A DNA stretch of 52,503 nucleotides. Origin: a virus (lineage: Duplodnaviria > Caudoviricetes). The notes under the pieces are model-generated. The model was not told the DNA's origin and ran no database searches. It worked only from the letters and a program-made list of their open reading frames with translations. The stretch spans positions 1-52,503 of the IMG/VR virus record IMGVR_UViG_3300027859_000025, one strand, 5' to 3'. The translations under genes and the position numbers were made by a program. Numbering within the stretch: position 1 is the stretch's first letter; each line of letters starts with the position of its first letter. Shown piece after piece: positions 1 through 8,309 of the stretch.

Positions 1-94
1 CTTCTTGATCTAACCCAGGTGTTTGCTGAGCGTACATGCGTAGTACATAGTGTACAAAAATGCAGTCGTTTTCTGTTAGTTTAAGTGTTTTCAT
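1..94 (-). CDS. Hypothetical early-region protein, 5' part only (runs off the window)
   Basis: ATG at 94, just after the stop of the upstream ORF; reads MKTLKLTENDCIFVHYVLRMYAQQTPGLDQE and stays open to the edge. Confidence 0.6.
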   Translation of the reverse strand, partial: MKTLKLTENDCIFVHYVLRMYAQQTPGLDQE

Positions 95-95
95 A

Positions 96-533
96 TTATT
101 TTGCATAGTTTTTAAGGTAATACTTTAGCATAAAGTTTAATCTTGTTATTGGTGAATATATAAGAGCTCTAGCTCTAATCATACCTTTTGATGTATACAA
201 CTCACCATTGTCTCTCTGCCATACGCATCTATAATTCTGCTCGTATGTAGGATTTAGCTGATATGCTCTGTCTCCACCGTTTTGCTTACGTACATAACCT
301 GATTTGAAACAAGCTAGCCTTAGTCTTGGTAAGTCTTTCCACCAAGTACTACCTTTTTTTTCTTCAAACCACTTAAGTCTTTGTTTAGTATATGCAGGTA
401 CAGGAAACTCAAATTCACGAGTACCATTTTTAGCCTGTTTCTGTGTTGTTACTTCTCTGATTCCGTAGTCGATAAGCAGACGCTTTACGAACTGTTCTTC
501 GAGCATAAACTGCTCTTTTTGCCAATTTGTCAT
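96..533 (-). CDS. Hypothetical phage protein (145 aa)
   Basis: ORF track; ATGA overlap with the upstream ORF in a tightly packed minus-strand cluster. Confidence 0.75.
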   Translation of the reverse strand: MTNWQKEQFMLEEQFVKRLLIDYGIREVTTQKQAKNGTREFEFPVPAYTKQRLKWFEEKKGSTWWKDLPRLRLACFKSGYVRKQNGGDRAYQLNPTYEQNYRCVWQRDNGELYTSKGMIRARALIYSPITRLNFMLKYYLKNYAK

Positions 534-766
534 AGGGTTTTTATTAATTTTAGTTGTTCTACTGTAAATTTCTTTGTATCATCTCGCCACATACGGTTGT
601 GAGTGAACTTTCTAGCCTTCGGAAAGGTAGATTTCTGTCTAACTCGTACTCGATTGTACTCGACATTTGTAAGTCCACTGCATAACCCGTCATGTGAGTG
701 CCTGCGCCTATGCTCGCTTGCACGTAATTTTTTCTGTTGTATAGAGTAATTGCATAGCTCTTTCAT
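530..766 (-). CDS. Hypothetical basic protein (about 78 aa)
   Basis: ORF track 530..781; start moved to the ACTATG at 766, the context shared by neighbouring genes. Confidence 0.7.
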   Translation of the reverse strand: MKELCNYSIQQKKLRASEHRRRHSHDGLCSGLTNVEYNRVRVRQKSTFPKARKFTHNRMWRDDTKKFTVEQLKLIKTL

Positions 767-771
767 AGTCA

Positions 772-975
772 TTACGCCCATGGATTGTCTGATTTAGGTA
801 CGTAAGTTAAACCTTTATAGTTGAACCACTCTGTGATACCTTCTTTATCTTCATCTTCATTGTAGATGAAAGCAAATTTAGCGGGTAAGTTGCCGACAGT
901 GTAGCCTTTGTAGTCTTGACCGCCAAATCTTATAAATGAATGGCCGTCTTTTTTATAGAATTTTATTTGTTGCAT
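772..975 (-). CDS. Hypothetical protein (67 aa, MQQIKFYKK...)
   Basis: ORF track 772..999 starts at a TTG inside the repeat motif; AAACTATG at 975 is the likelier start. Confidence 0.75.
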   Translation of the reverse strand: MQQIKFYKKDGHSFIRFGGQDYKGYTVGNLPAKFAFIYNEDEDKEGITEWFNYKGLTYVPKSDNPWA

Positions 976-989
976 AGTTTTGTTTATTA

Positions 990-1022
990 TATTATCCAAT
1001 AGTTATTGTATTTTGTTTGTAA
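990..1022 (-). promoter_or_regulatory. Repeated bipartite motif, copy 1 (putative phage early promoter)
   Basis: Minus strand TTACAAACAAAATACA-N7-TTGGATAATA, intergenic, about 15 nt upstream of an ATG. Confidence 0.7.
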
Positions 1023-1262
1023 CTAGAGACCTTCTTCATCATCATAATAACCTTCTAAGATCTCTTCCACGTCTTGTGATGTGAAATAACCTTCGCCATA
1101 CTGATTAATGTCTTCAGCTCTTTGCTTGATCTCATTGTATTTAGCCATTTTCCCTGCTTCGAATGATGATGCAGCGATCTCTTGCGCTATATTATTACTT
1201 ATTGTGTAGGAAGTAGCGCATGCACCTACTATTATTATGGTTTTAATTATATTTTTCTTCAT
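1023..1262 (-). CDS. Hypothetical protein with N-terminal signal/TM segment (79 aa)
   Basis: MKKNIIKTIIIVGACATSY: basic then hydrophobic N-terminus, acidic tail. Confidence 0.7.
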   Translation of the reverse strand: MKKNIIKTIIIVGACATSYTISNNIAQEIAASSFEAGKMAKYNEIKQRAEDINQYGEGYFTSQDVEEILEGYYDDEEGL

Positions 1263-1405
1263 ATTCTTTGAAAACTAATGTTATTACACTTAAAAGCGAT
1301 CCTGTATTCTTTTACAAGATTTAGAGCTTCCACTCTATTTTCTGCTTCATCTATTATTTCTGGTTCATAGGAGCCATTACTCCAATATATTATATTATAT
1401 CTCAT
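1259..1405 (-). CDS. Small hypothetical protein (48 aa), not in ORF track
   Basis: Manual translation MRYNIIYWSNGSYEPEIIDEAENRVEALNLVKEYRIAFKCNNISFQRI; its TGA overlaps the next ATG (ATGA). Confidence 0.6.
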   Translation of the reverse strand: MRYNIIYWSNGSYEPEIIDEAENRVEALNLVKEYRIAFKCNNISFQRI

Positions 1406-1535
1406 CTGAATTTTTTACTATATTATCATTGATTACCTGCAAGACTTCATCTCTAGTGATTTCACCTTGTAGTTGTTTTAGTATAAGAGAAGTCATATCT
1501 ATCTCTTTATTGTTAGTTATTTGTATAAATTGCAT
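1395..1535 (-). CDS. Small hypothetical protein (46 aa), not in ORF track
   Basis: Manual translation MQFIQITNNKEIDMTSLILKQLQGEITRDEVLQVINDNIVKNSDEI; ACTATG start; fills the gap between genes. Confidence 0.6.
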   Translation of the reverse strand: MQFIQITNNKEIDMTSLILKQLQGEITRDEVLQVINDNIVKNSDEI

Positions 1536-1551
1536 AGTATTATATTTTTAA

Positions 1552-1776
1552 TTAGTCACCTGTATAGTTATTAAATGTTGATTTAGATTTGTAGTATTGT
1601 CTACACCCTTCATCATGAAGTTGTTGTAACTCTTTGTAGTAATCAGAGTTATTTAGCCTGTCATCTCTAAATTCAGTGACATTTTGTAAGTCACCATATT
1701 GGGTGATATTGTCTATAGTACACTTGTAGATATCTTTGTCTGGAAAGTGTGGATTGAAGTGTTTAATTATTCGCAT
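1552..1776 (-). CDS. Hypothetical protein (74 aa)
   Basis: ORF track; AACTATG start. Confidence 0.7.
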   Translation of the reverse strand: MRIIKHFNPHFPDKDIYKCTIDNITQYGDLQNVTEFRDDRLNNSDYYKELQQLHDEGCRQYYKSKSTFNNYTGD

Positions 1777-1792
1777 AGTTATTTAGTATTAG

Positions 1793-1907
1793 TGGAGTGT
1801 AGAAGAATCGAACTTCTCTCACACACGTGCGCGATTTACCTACTAACGCTATAGAGTTTTTCATCTATATTAAGTACGCCACGATTTACTGCCGAGCCAT
1901 TCACTCC
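1793..1907 (-). ncRNA. tRNA-like RNA (acceptor stem and T-arm, non-canonical interior)
   Basis: 5' GGAGTG pairs with 3' CACTCC-A; AGAAG-TTCGATT-CTTCT T-arm at canonical spacing; no clear D-stem or 7-nt anticodon loop. Confidence 0.6.
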
Positions 1908-1931
1908 GAATGTTATTTATTTAGTTTATTA

Positions 1932-1964
1932 TATTATCCAACTATAGTTGTATTTTGTTTGTAA
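1932..1964 (-). promoter_or_regulatory. Repeated bipartite motif, copy 2
   Basis: Identical 16-nt and 10-nt boxes with a 7-nt spacer; about 25 nt upstream of the tRNA-like element. Confidence 0.7.
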
Positions 1965-2051
1965 CTACCATCTTGTTACATCAGTGGACCCACCAATTTC
2001 TATTGGTAATGACTTGATTTTAAGTATAATAGTGTGTATGAATTTTCTCAT
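1965..2051 (-). CDS. Possible 28-aa peptide
   Basis: MRKFIHTIILKIKSLPIEIGGSTDVTRW; stop directly abuts motif copy 2, as the upstream gene does at copy 1. Confidence 0.35.
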   Translation of the reverse strand: MRKFIHTIILKIKSLPIEIGGSTDVTRW

Positions 2052-2145
2052 ATAAGTATTATTTATAAGTGTATAATTGTTTATTAGTTTAATTTATAGT
2101 TATAGTGCTGCACTGATTATCTCAGTGAGTAATAAAGAAGTAGTA

Positions 2146-2373
2146 TTAAACTACCTCTTTATCTCTTAGTATAACTGGTACACTAGTTGAAGAAGTGTAT
2201 GACTTATACTTTTCAAAACAATTCATAGAAGTTAATTTATCTTTCATGATTTCATATACTTTATCATGATTGTAAGTGAATGACTTACCATTTTTGAAAG
2301 TTACTTCAATGATTTGATTTTTACCTATTAAAGATTTTCTGATAACAAATCTTTTTGATTTTAAATTTTGCAT
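2146..2373 (-). CDS. Hypothetical protein (75 aa, MQNLKSKRFVIRKSLIG...)
   Basis: ORF track; TACTATG start downstream of motif copy 3. Confidence 0.75.
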   Translation of the reverse strand: MQNLKSKRFVIRKSLIGKNQIIEVTFKNGKSFTYNHDKVYEIMKDKLTSMNCFEKYKSYTSSTSVPVILRDKEVV

Positions 2374-2422
2374 AGTATTATTTATTTATTAAGTTATTAT
2401 TATTATTATTTAGTTACATTAT

Positions 2423-2455
2423 TATTATCCAATTTGTAATGTATTTTGTTTGTAA
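2423..2455 (-). promoter_or_regulatory. Repeated bipartite motif, copy 3
   Basis: Same boxes and spacer length, intergenic. Confidence 0.7.
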
Positions 2456-2460
2456 TTTAA

Positions 2461-2628
2461 TTATATTATTTTATAAGTTATATTATTTTTTGTAAGTAAT
2501 TTATTTATATTAATGTTTGAAGGATTATGTAATATAAATAATTTGTTATTTATAAATTGTAAAGAAATATAATTGTTTGTTAGTATTTTAGTAGTTAATT
2601 GTATTTGATATTTATTTATAAGTAACAT
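2461..2628 (-). CDS. Possible very AT-rich 55-aa protein
   Basis: AAACTATG at 2628, about 15 nt downstream of motif copy 4; strongly I/N/K/L-biased. Confidence 0.4.
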   Translation of the reverse strand: MLLINKYQIQLTTKILTNNYISLQFINNKLFILHNPSNININKLLTKNNITYKII

Positions 2629-2642
2629 AGTTTGTTTTATAT

Positions 2643-2675
2643 TATTATCCAAAACATTCTGTATTTTGTTTGTAA
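2643..2675 (-). promoter_or_regulatory. Repeated bipartite motif, copy 4
   Basis: Same boxes and spacer; first element of the minus-strand block. Confidence 0.7.
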
Positions 2676-2929
2676 AAAAAGTCAAAATAATTTCAATGAA
2701 AAATTCAAATATATAACAAAAAAAACTGTAAAAAACAGCCGGGGCTGGTAAATTTCAATCAATTTTACAATTCTGTAGGAAAAAAATCAGGAAAATACAA
2801 CACTAACTCTCGATATACGCTATGGGGCCTAGTTTTATATAGTGACATTAGCCTTATAAGGTATATAAGTAAGGGGCTTATGTCCTACTTTGTAAGTTTT
2901 CGCCTTTATCTGTAAGTATATATAGATAT
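2676..2929. other. Divergent non-coding region with A-tracts and an imperfect inverted repeat (candidate terminus, pac or ori)
   Basis: No ORF; strand switch; clustered A-tracts 2674-2800; GACAT-T-AGCC...GGCT-T-ATGTC at 2844-2884. Confidence 0.4.
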
Positions 2930-3175
2930 ATGAGCACACTACAGTTTATGGGTCGTGGCGAGCTTGTTCCAAGATTGATTGCTCAGGTTGGAGACGAAGC
3001 ATTTGCAATGAACCTACTTAAGAAACGCGGACATATGAATCCAGACGGTACATTAACAGCAGAAGGTGAGAAAAGAAACCAAATGACAGCTGAAGAACGT
3101 GCATTTGATAGAGCTGGTGAAAGCGTACACACTCATGACTACAACCCAGAAACAAATAGATTAGAAAAAATTTAA
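2930..3175 (+). CDS. Hypothetical protein (81 aa)
   Basis: ORF track; first gene of the plus-strand block. Confidence 0.75.
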   Translation: MSTLQFMGRGELVPRLIAQVGDEAFAMNLLKKRGHMNPDGTLTAEGEKRNQMTAEERAFDRAGESVHTHDYNPETNRLEKI

Positions 3176-3181
3176 ACAAAC

Positions 3182-3991
3182 ATGGCAACAATAAACAGTT
3201 ATCCAACAACGACACCTACAGGTAGTGATCTTATTATAGGTACAGATGTATCTACCACGCCTAATTCCACCAAGACGTTTACAATAGATAGTATCAATGC
3301 ATTGTCAACTGGAACACCAGCGGCTGGAACAGCAAACACTGTAGCACTATTTACTGGCGCTGTAGCAGTAGGTGATTCAACAATAGTAAGATCAGGCGCT
3401 GGCGCTACGTCTCTTTACACTTTTGGAGGAGGTACAGCTATAAACAATACATCTATAACAACAGATGATTTGACTACAACTGGTAATACAATACTAGGTA
3501 ATGCTGGCACAGATACCTTAACGGTTAACGCGGCAACAACTTTTGCAGATAACGTAACTATAAACGGAAGTTCTAAAAGCTTATCAATGGGGCAAGTTAG
3601 CCCTCTGGTGTTTCTTGATGGTGCAGGTGTCGCCAGATTAACAATTGGAGGAAATATAACAACTAATTCCATTATAAATGAATCAGGAGCTGGAGATCTT
3701 ATTTTAGTCTCTAATACTGAATTAGAAATTAAATCCGGTGAACTTGGAGAAAACTTCGCTAAATTCACAAAAGACGGACCTATTGAACTTTATTATGACA
3801 ACGCTAAAAAGTTTGAAACAACAACCACAGGTACTCTTGTAACAGGTCAGATGGATATTGCCGCACTAAACACAGCTCCAGTATCTGCTGTAGCAGCGGG
3901 AACTTTAGGAGAAATAAGATTTACAGCGGATCACATTTATGTGTGTACAGCAACAAATACATGGAAGAGAGTTGCTATATCAACGTTCTAG
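3182..3991 (+). CDS. Fibre-like virion protein
   Basis: T/G/A-rich; C-terminal GTLGEIRFTADHIYVCTATNTWKRVA resembles phage fibre ends. Confidence 0.6.
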   Translation: MATINSYPTTTPTGSDLIIGTDVSTTPNSTKTFTIDSINALSTGTPAAGTANTVALFTGAVAVGDSTIVRSGAGATSLYTFGGGTAINNTSITTDDLTTTGNTILGNAGTDTLTVNAATTFADNVTINGSSKSLSMGQVSPLVFLDGAGVARLTIGGNITTNSIINESGAGDLILVSNTELEIKSGELGENFAKFTKDGPIELYYDNAKKFETTTTGTLVTGQMDIAALNTAPVSAVAAGTLGEIRFTADHIYVCTATNTWKRVAISTF

Positions 3992-4047
3992 TAAAATTCG
4001 CCAAAACCAAGTGAGTATATAAATATAAAGAATTTAAAAATAAAAAT

Positions 4048-5232
4048 ATGAATTTCGGCTACGTAAAAGACACAGCTGGTATAACCAAGCCAATAAATCT
4101 AGATGACATAAAAATTATAAATGTCACCGCAGATAGTATAATAATAAGATATAATTTAACTGGAACATCAAATATTTTTGATGAATTAGCTTTCTTTATA
4201 TCTTTTAATAACACAGGCTCAATATCAACAACTCAAATAGAATCTCAATTCTATAGTTGGTTACAAAATGCATTAATTTCCACTTCTCCATTAAAAACTA
4301 GTTTAAACTCAGCGATGCCTCAACTAGAGATTGTTACAGCAGGTTTAATTAATGCGGCTGGTTATAGAGATGGTACTTTTGGTGCTGCTGTAGATGAAGC
4401 TGCGGCTTGCGCATCCACTCCAGCAACAAACTGTATAGTTGAATCCAAAGTTGGAACTCCAGCGGTTGGTACTTTAGTTTTGTCTAAACCTTCAGCCACG
4501 GATTTAGATCCTATTGCAGATGGCACATATGCATTGAGCGTAGGTGGTTCTAAATATTTTATTAGTCTTAAAGGATCTAGATTAACAAGCATCGTTGTTT
4601 GTCCTTTAGTACTAGATTTTGTGTTTGATCCTAATCAAAACGCTTCTGGTAGTGCTTCTGCTGCAAATTATGTCACTTTATCTACCACCAACAATGCCAC
4701 TTTCACTAATAGTTATTATGGAGCATTTGCTATGTCGCCTGCTTTTGGTAGTGGTAGCTTTGGAAGTTGCTCTTTTTTACAAGGATCTAATGATAGAACT
4801 TGGCCATGTGGATATATAATAAATGGCTTTTTAGACGCAGCTAAAGGATTAGGTCAATTACCTGCTTTCGGTGTTAAACTAGCAGATCCTGCTGTATCTA
4901 GTTACAATAATGCCGAGTTATATGTATCTGATGACTATTATGTCACTGGCAATAAAGATTTAGCTACATGGGTGGCTTTTAATGAAGATTATTGGCTTCA
5001 AGGGTTTAGTTATTTTGGAACTGGAGCTAATCCTCCAGCGCCTCCAGCTCTAAATACGGTTTATAGCATGCTAATCAACAACTCAATTGCAACCGACCCA
5101 AGTACATTAGCAGCAAGAGGTAGAATATTTTTACCACCCGCAACTTCATTTAGTGGTGGCGCAACTTTTGCAACTACTACTTACTTGAATTTAAGCACAA
5201 CTGGAATACTAGATCAAGCTTCAAGCTGTTAA
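4048..5232 (+). CDS. Putative virion or receptor-binding protein (394 aa)
   Basis: A/G/S/T-rich, low-charge composition; adjacent to the fibre-like gene. Confidence 0.5.
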   Translation: MNFGYVKDTAGITKPINLDDIKIINVTADSIIIRYNLTGTSNIFDELAFFISFNNTGSISTTQIESQFYSWLQNALISTSPLKTSLNSAMPQLEIVTAGLINAAGYRDGTFGAAVDEAAACASTPATNCIVESKVGTPAVGTLVLSKPSATDLDPIADGTYALSVGGSKYFISLKGSRLTSIVVCPLVLDFVFDPNQNASGSASAANYVTLSTTNNATFTNSYYGAFAMSPAFGSGSFGSCSFLQGSNDRTWPCGYIINGFLDAAKGLGQLPAFGVKLADPAVSSYNNAELYVSDDYYVTGNKDLATWVAFNEDYWLQGFSYFGTGANPPAPPALNTVYSMLINNSIATDPSTLAARGRIFLPPATSFSGGATFATTTYLNLSTTGILDQASSC

Positions 5233-5263
5233 ACGCGTCACTAATTATACTTAAAATAAAAAA

Positions 5264-5602
5264 ATGGATAAATATATATTAATAAACAAAGAAGCCAAAG
5301 GCGTACTCAGTAAAGATGAGATAGTTGGATTAGTAGGAACTCATACTTTAATAGATTATGATGTAGAGCTTGTAGGCGCTATACCTGGTTTTAGAACTTA
5401 TCTACTTGATGATTACGCGGGAACAGGTGCTTTAAATGCAAACCTTATTCTATCTGCAGGACTCGCGGCAGATCAACCTAAAGCTAAAAAACTTTTTTTA
5501 GATTACTTTGTAAAAGCATTTGAAGAATTATCTATTACTTCAAATTCCACGGTGGTATTTTATCCACCAACGGGAATAAGTATAGGTACTGTATCAGGAT
5601 AA
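5264..5602 (+). CDS. Hypothetical protein (112 aa)
   Basis: ORF track; A-rich leader. Confidence 0.7.
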   Translation: MDKYILINKEAKGVLSKDEIVGLVGTHTLIDYDVELVGAIPGFRTYLLDDYAGTGALNANLILSAGLAADQPKAKKLFLDYFVKAFEELSITSNSTVVFYPPTGISIGTVSG

Positions 5603-5655
5603 CATACCCGGCACGGGAAAGTGCAAACCAAATAATAACATAAAAACCAAAACCA

Positions 5656-5946
5656 ATGACGTTTTTTTACGAGACTAATTCGTGGACTAGTCAACCACAA
5701 CCAACTAAAGACCGAATCAAACTATGGAACCATATAGCTGATAAAGCAAACTGGCGCATAGTTCAATTACCAAACGGTTATTACCAAACAGAATATCAAG
5801 ATCTTCAAGATGAAGAAAAATGGATTGACGTCACAAGACGTGAAACTATGGAAGCGGCAGAAACTGCAATTAATAAGACTGTTGAACACTACGCAAAGAA
5901 AGTTGAATTTTTAAACGGACCGAAAGTAGTTAAAACCTTTAAATGA
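5656..5946 (+). CDS. Hypothetical phage protein (96 aa)
   Basis: ORF track; globular composition (NWRIVQLPNGYYQTE). Confidence 0.8.
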   Translation: MTFFYETNSWTSQPQPTKDRIKLWNHIADKANWRIVQLPNGYYQTEYQDLQDEEKWIDVTRRETMEAAETAINKTVEHYAKKVEFLNGPKVVKTFK

Positions 5947-6053
5947 AAAAGTTAAAAACACCAGCAATAGTTTTAATAGCAGTTGCTGGAACTTTTCTAA
6001 CCATTATGGCTTATTTTCTTGCAATAGTAGGAATTATAAGTCTTTTTAAATAA
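5943..6053 (+). CDS. Small membrane peptide (36 aa), not in ORF track
   Basis: MKKLKTPAIVLIAVAGTFLTIMAYFLAIVGIISLFK; ATGA overlap with the previous stop. Confidence 0.6.
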   Translation: MKKLKTPAIVLIAVAGTFLTIMAYFLAIVGIISLFK

Positions 6054-6071
6054 AATCTAATTTAATCTAAT

Positions 6072-7628
6072 ATGTCAGACGCAATAGTCAAAAACCTAAA
6101 CTTTGGTGATGATGCCAGGGTTAATGTATTTAAAGGAATTGAAAAACTAACGCAAGCTGTTAGTTCCACGCTTGGAGCTAGCGGCAAATGCGTTATGTTA
6201 GAGGATCACACTGGAAGACCAATCATAACTAAAGATGGTGTAACAGTTGCAGATTCTATAATACTGCGAGACCCAGTGGAAAACATGGGTGCTACGCTTT
6301 TAAAAGAAGCAGCTCGTAAAACAGTGCAAGAAGCCGGCGACGGAACCACTACGGCTACAGTACTTGCTCATGCGATACTTGAAGAAGCTTACAAAGTAGC
6401 TAACAAAACAAACTCAAGAGAGTTAAAAGACGGTATTAATTCAGCTATTGAAAAAGTGGTTAAGTATTTAAAACTACTTACAGTAGATGTTAAAGGTAGT
6501 ATGATAGATCAAATAGCTACTATATCTACAAACAATGATCCTGCGCTTGGAAAAATTATTGCAGATGCTTTTAGATCTGTAGATAACACAGGTGTAGTTA
6601 TGATGGAAACGGCTTCAGATGGTAAAACACATGTAGAAGTTGTTGATGGTGTTCAATACGACAAAGGTCTTAAGAACTCACACTTTGTAACTAACCAAGC
6701 AACAAAGACTGCTGAACTAGAAAATCCACTAGTGCTTTTACTAGAATCACCAGTTGATACAATACGACAGATTCAATCTGTGCTAGAGTACGTAATAAAA
6801 AACAACAAACCTTTGCTTATTATAGGCGATTTAGAACAAGGTGTTTTATCCGCTCTAGCTATGAATAAAATGAAAGGCAACATTAAAGTGAATGTTATTG
6901 ATGCTCCAACGTTTGGAATAAACAAGCAACAAATGCTTCAGGACCTTTCATTACTTACTGGTGCTACTATTATAAATGAAGACTTAGGTGATGACATGGA
7001 AATGATACAGCCTGAGCATTTAGGTAGTTGTGTTAAGAGTGTTACATCACACGAAGATACAATACTACAAGTAGAAGAATCACCAAAAGAAGTTATAGAC
7101 GTTATAAATGAAATTAAGTCTAAGCTTTTGAAAGAAAAAAATCCTAATAAGCTTATAAAGCTTGAAAAAAGATTAGCCATGCTGTCTGCTAAAATAGCAA
7201 TAGTTAAAGTAGGTGCTAATTCAGAAATAGAATTAAAAGAAAAAACAGATAGGGTAGAAGATGCTATCTGTGCTACTAAAGCTGCTATCAAAGAAGGGAT
7301 TGTTCCTGGTGGTGGTATTGCTCTATTAAACGCTGCAACAAATATAACAGCTAAGTCACTAGGTGAAGCGGTTTTATTAGAAGCTATTAAAGCGCCTTTT
7401 GAAACTATACTTGAAAACGCAGGTGTTCAGGATGTTGAAACACCTACTAGAAAAGGACAAGGCTACAATGTGGTTACAGGAAAAATGGTAAATATGATTA
7501 AGTCGGGTATTATAGATCCACTACTAGTCACCAAGAGCGCTCTTCAAAATGCAGCTTCTGTAGCAACAACAATATTATCTACTGATTGTGTAATTAATAA
7601 TTTAAGAATTGATGAAAGCAATAGGTAG
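6072..7628 (+). CDS. groEL: Phage-encoded group I chaperonin GroEL
   Basis: [47 protein letters not shown] and GIIDP motifs; no C-terminal GGM tail. Confidence 0.97.
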   Translation: MSDAIVKNLNFGDDARVNVFKGIEKLTQAVSSTLGASGKCVMLEDHTGRPIITKDGVTVADSIILRDPVENMGATLLKEAARKTVQEAGDGTTTATVLAHAILEEAYKVANKTNSRELKDGINSAIEKVVKYLKLLTVDVKGSMIDQIATISTNNDPALGKIIADAFRSVDNTGVVMMETASDGKTHVEVVDGVQYDKGLKNSHFVTNQATKTAELENPLVLLLESPVDTIRQIQSVLEYVIKNNKPLLIIGDLEQGVLSALAMNKMKGNIKVNVIDAPTFGINKQQMLQDLSLLTGATIINEDLGDDMEMIQPEHLGSCVKSVTSHEDTILQVEESPKEVIDVINEIKSKLLKEKNPNKLIKLEKRLAMLSAKIAIVKVGANSEIELKEKTDRVEDAICATKAAIKEGIVPGGGIALLNAATNITAKSLGEAVLLEAIKAPFETILENAGVQDVETPTRKGQGYNVVTGKMVNMIKSGIIDPLLVTKSALQNAASVATTILSTDCVINNLRIDESNR

Positions 7629-7872
7629 AAACTTAATAATAAACAAAGCAAAAGAAGGGACTACTAAAACAACTGGTGGTCTTTTACTTGCTGAGAGCCA
7701 AAGAGACGATATACGTTATGTTCAGGCTACAGTAGTTTCTGCAGGAGACGAAGTAGCAGGTGTCAAACCAAATGATATAATATACTTTGATCGTCACGCT
7801 GGCCACAAAATAGAAGTTGATAAAGAATCTTATCACGTTATAAAATCAGGTGACATAGTCGTTGTATTATGA
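7612..7872 (+). CDS. groES: Co-chaperonin GroES
   Basis: TTGGLLL mobile loop, ATVVSAG, VKPNDIIYF, DIVVVL; overlaps the 3' end of groEL. Confidence 0.92.
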   Translation: MKAIGRNLIINKAKEGTTKTTGGLLLAESQRDDIRYVQATVVSAGDEVAGVKPNDIIYFDRHAGHKIEVDKESYHVIKSGDIVVVL

Positions 7873-8309
7873 GATTAGACGCTAGTGACATTAGAGAGCT
7901 AAACCTCTTGAAACACTACCGCATTATAAGAAAATGGGCTTGTCGTAACAATGATTTAAACGATGCAGATCTAGAACTTCTTATATACCTTGATTGTATG
8001 GAGTTTTTTACTAAGAAAGACTTTGAGATGGGTGTTTATTCTTATAGCTGGGATAATCGCAGATGGAATAGACTATTGAAGCAAGACTGGATTAAAGTCT
8101 GGAGACATAGAAACAGAACCACTCAAAAATACCATATATATAAAGTATCATTTAAGGGCAAGCAACTTATAAGTAGAATATACAGAATAATGCTTGGTGA
8201 AGAAGATATAAACACAGGTAGACGAAACAAGATAATTAATGGCAAGACATATACTGACAAGGTTATGACTAAAGCTATTTATAACGTAAATAAAGATAAA
8301 AATAGATGA
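7869..8309 (+). CDS. Putative winged-helix DNA-binding protein
   Basis: LNDADLELLIYL...RLLKQDWIKV...YKVSFKGKQL resembles MarR-type wHTH. Confidence 0.55.
   Translation: MRLDASDIRELNLLKHYRIIRKWACRNNDLNDADLELLIYLDCMEFFTKKDFEMGVYSYSWDNRRWNRLLKQDWIKVWRHRNRTTQKYHIYKVSFKGKQLISRIYRIMLGEEDINTGRRNKIINGKTYTDKVMTKAIYNVNKDKNR

Noticed and set aside
1793-1907. Standard tRNA-Phe (GAA in the loop) or tmRNA
   Set aside because: The loop is 8 nt on an over-long stem and there is no D-arm; it is too short for tmRNA, with no tag ORF and no G3.U70
990-2675. Repeated motif as a CRISPR array
   Set aside because: Copies are 220-940 bp apart, separated by genes, have a variable internal spacer, and no cas genes are present
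6072-7872. groEL/groES as host chromosomal DNA or a prophage boundary
   Set aside because: Reversed gene order, no GGM tail, overlaps with phage genes and the same base composition; no integrase or host genes in the window
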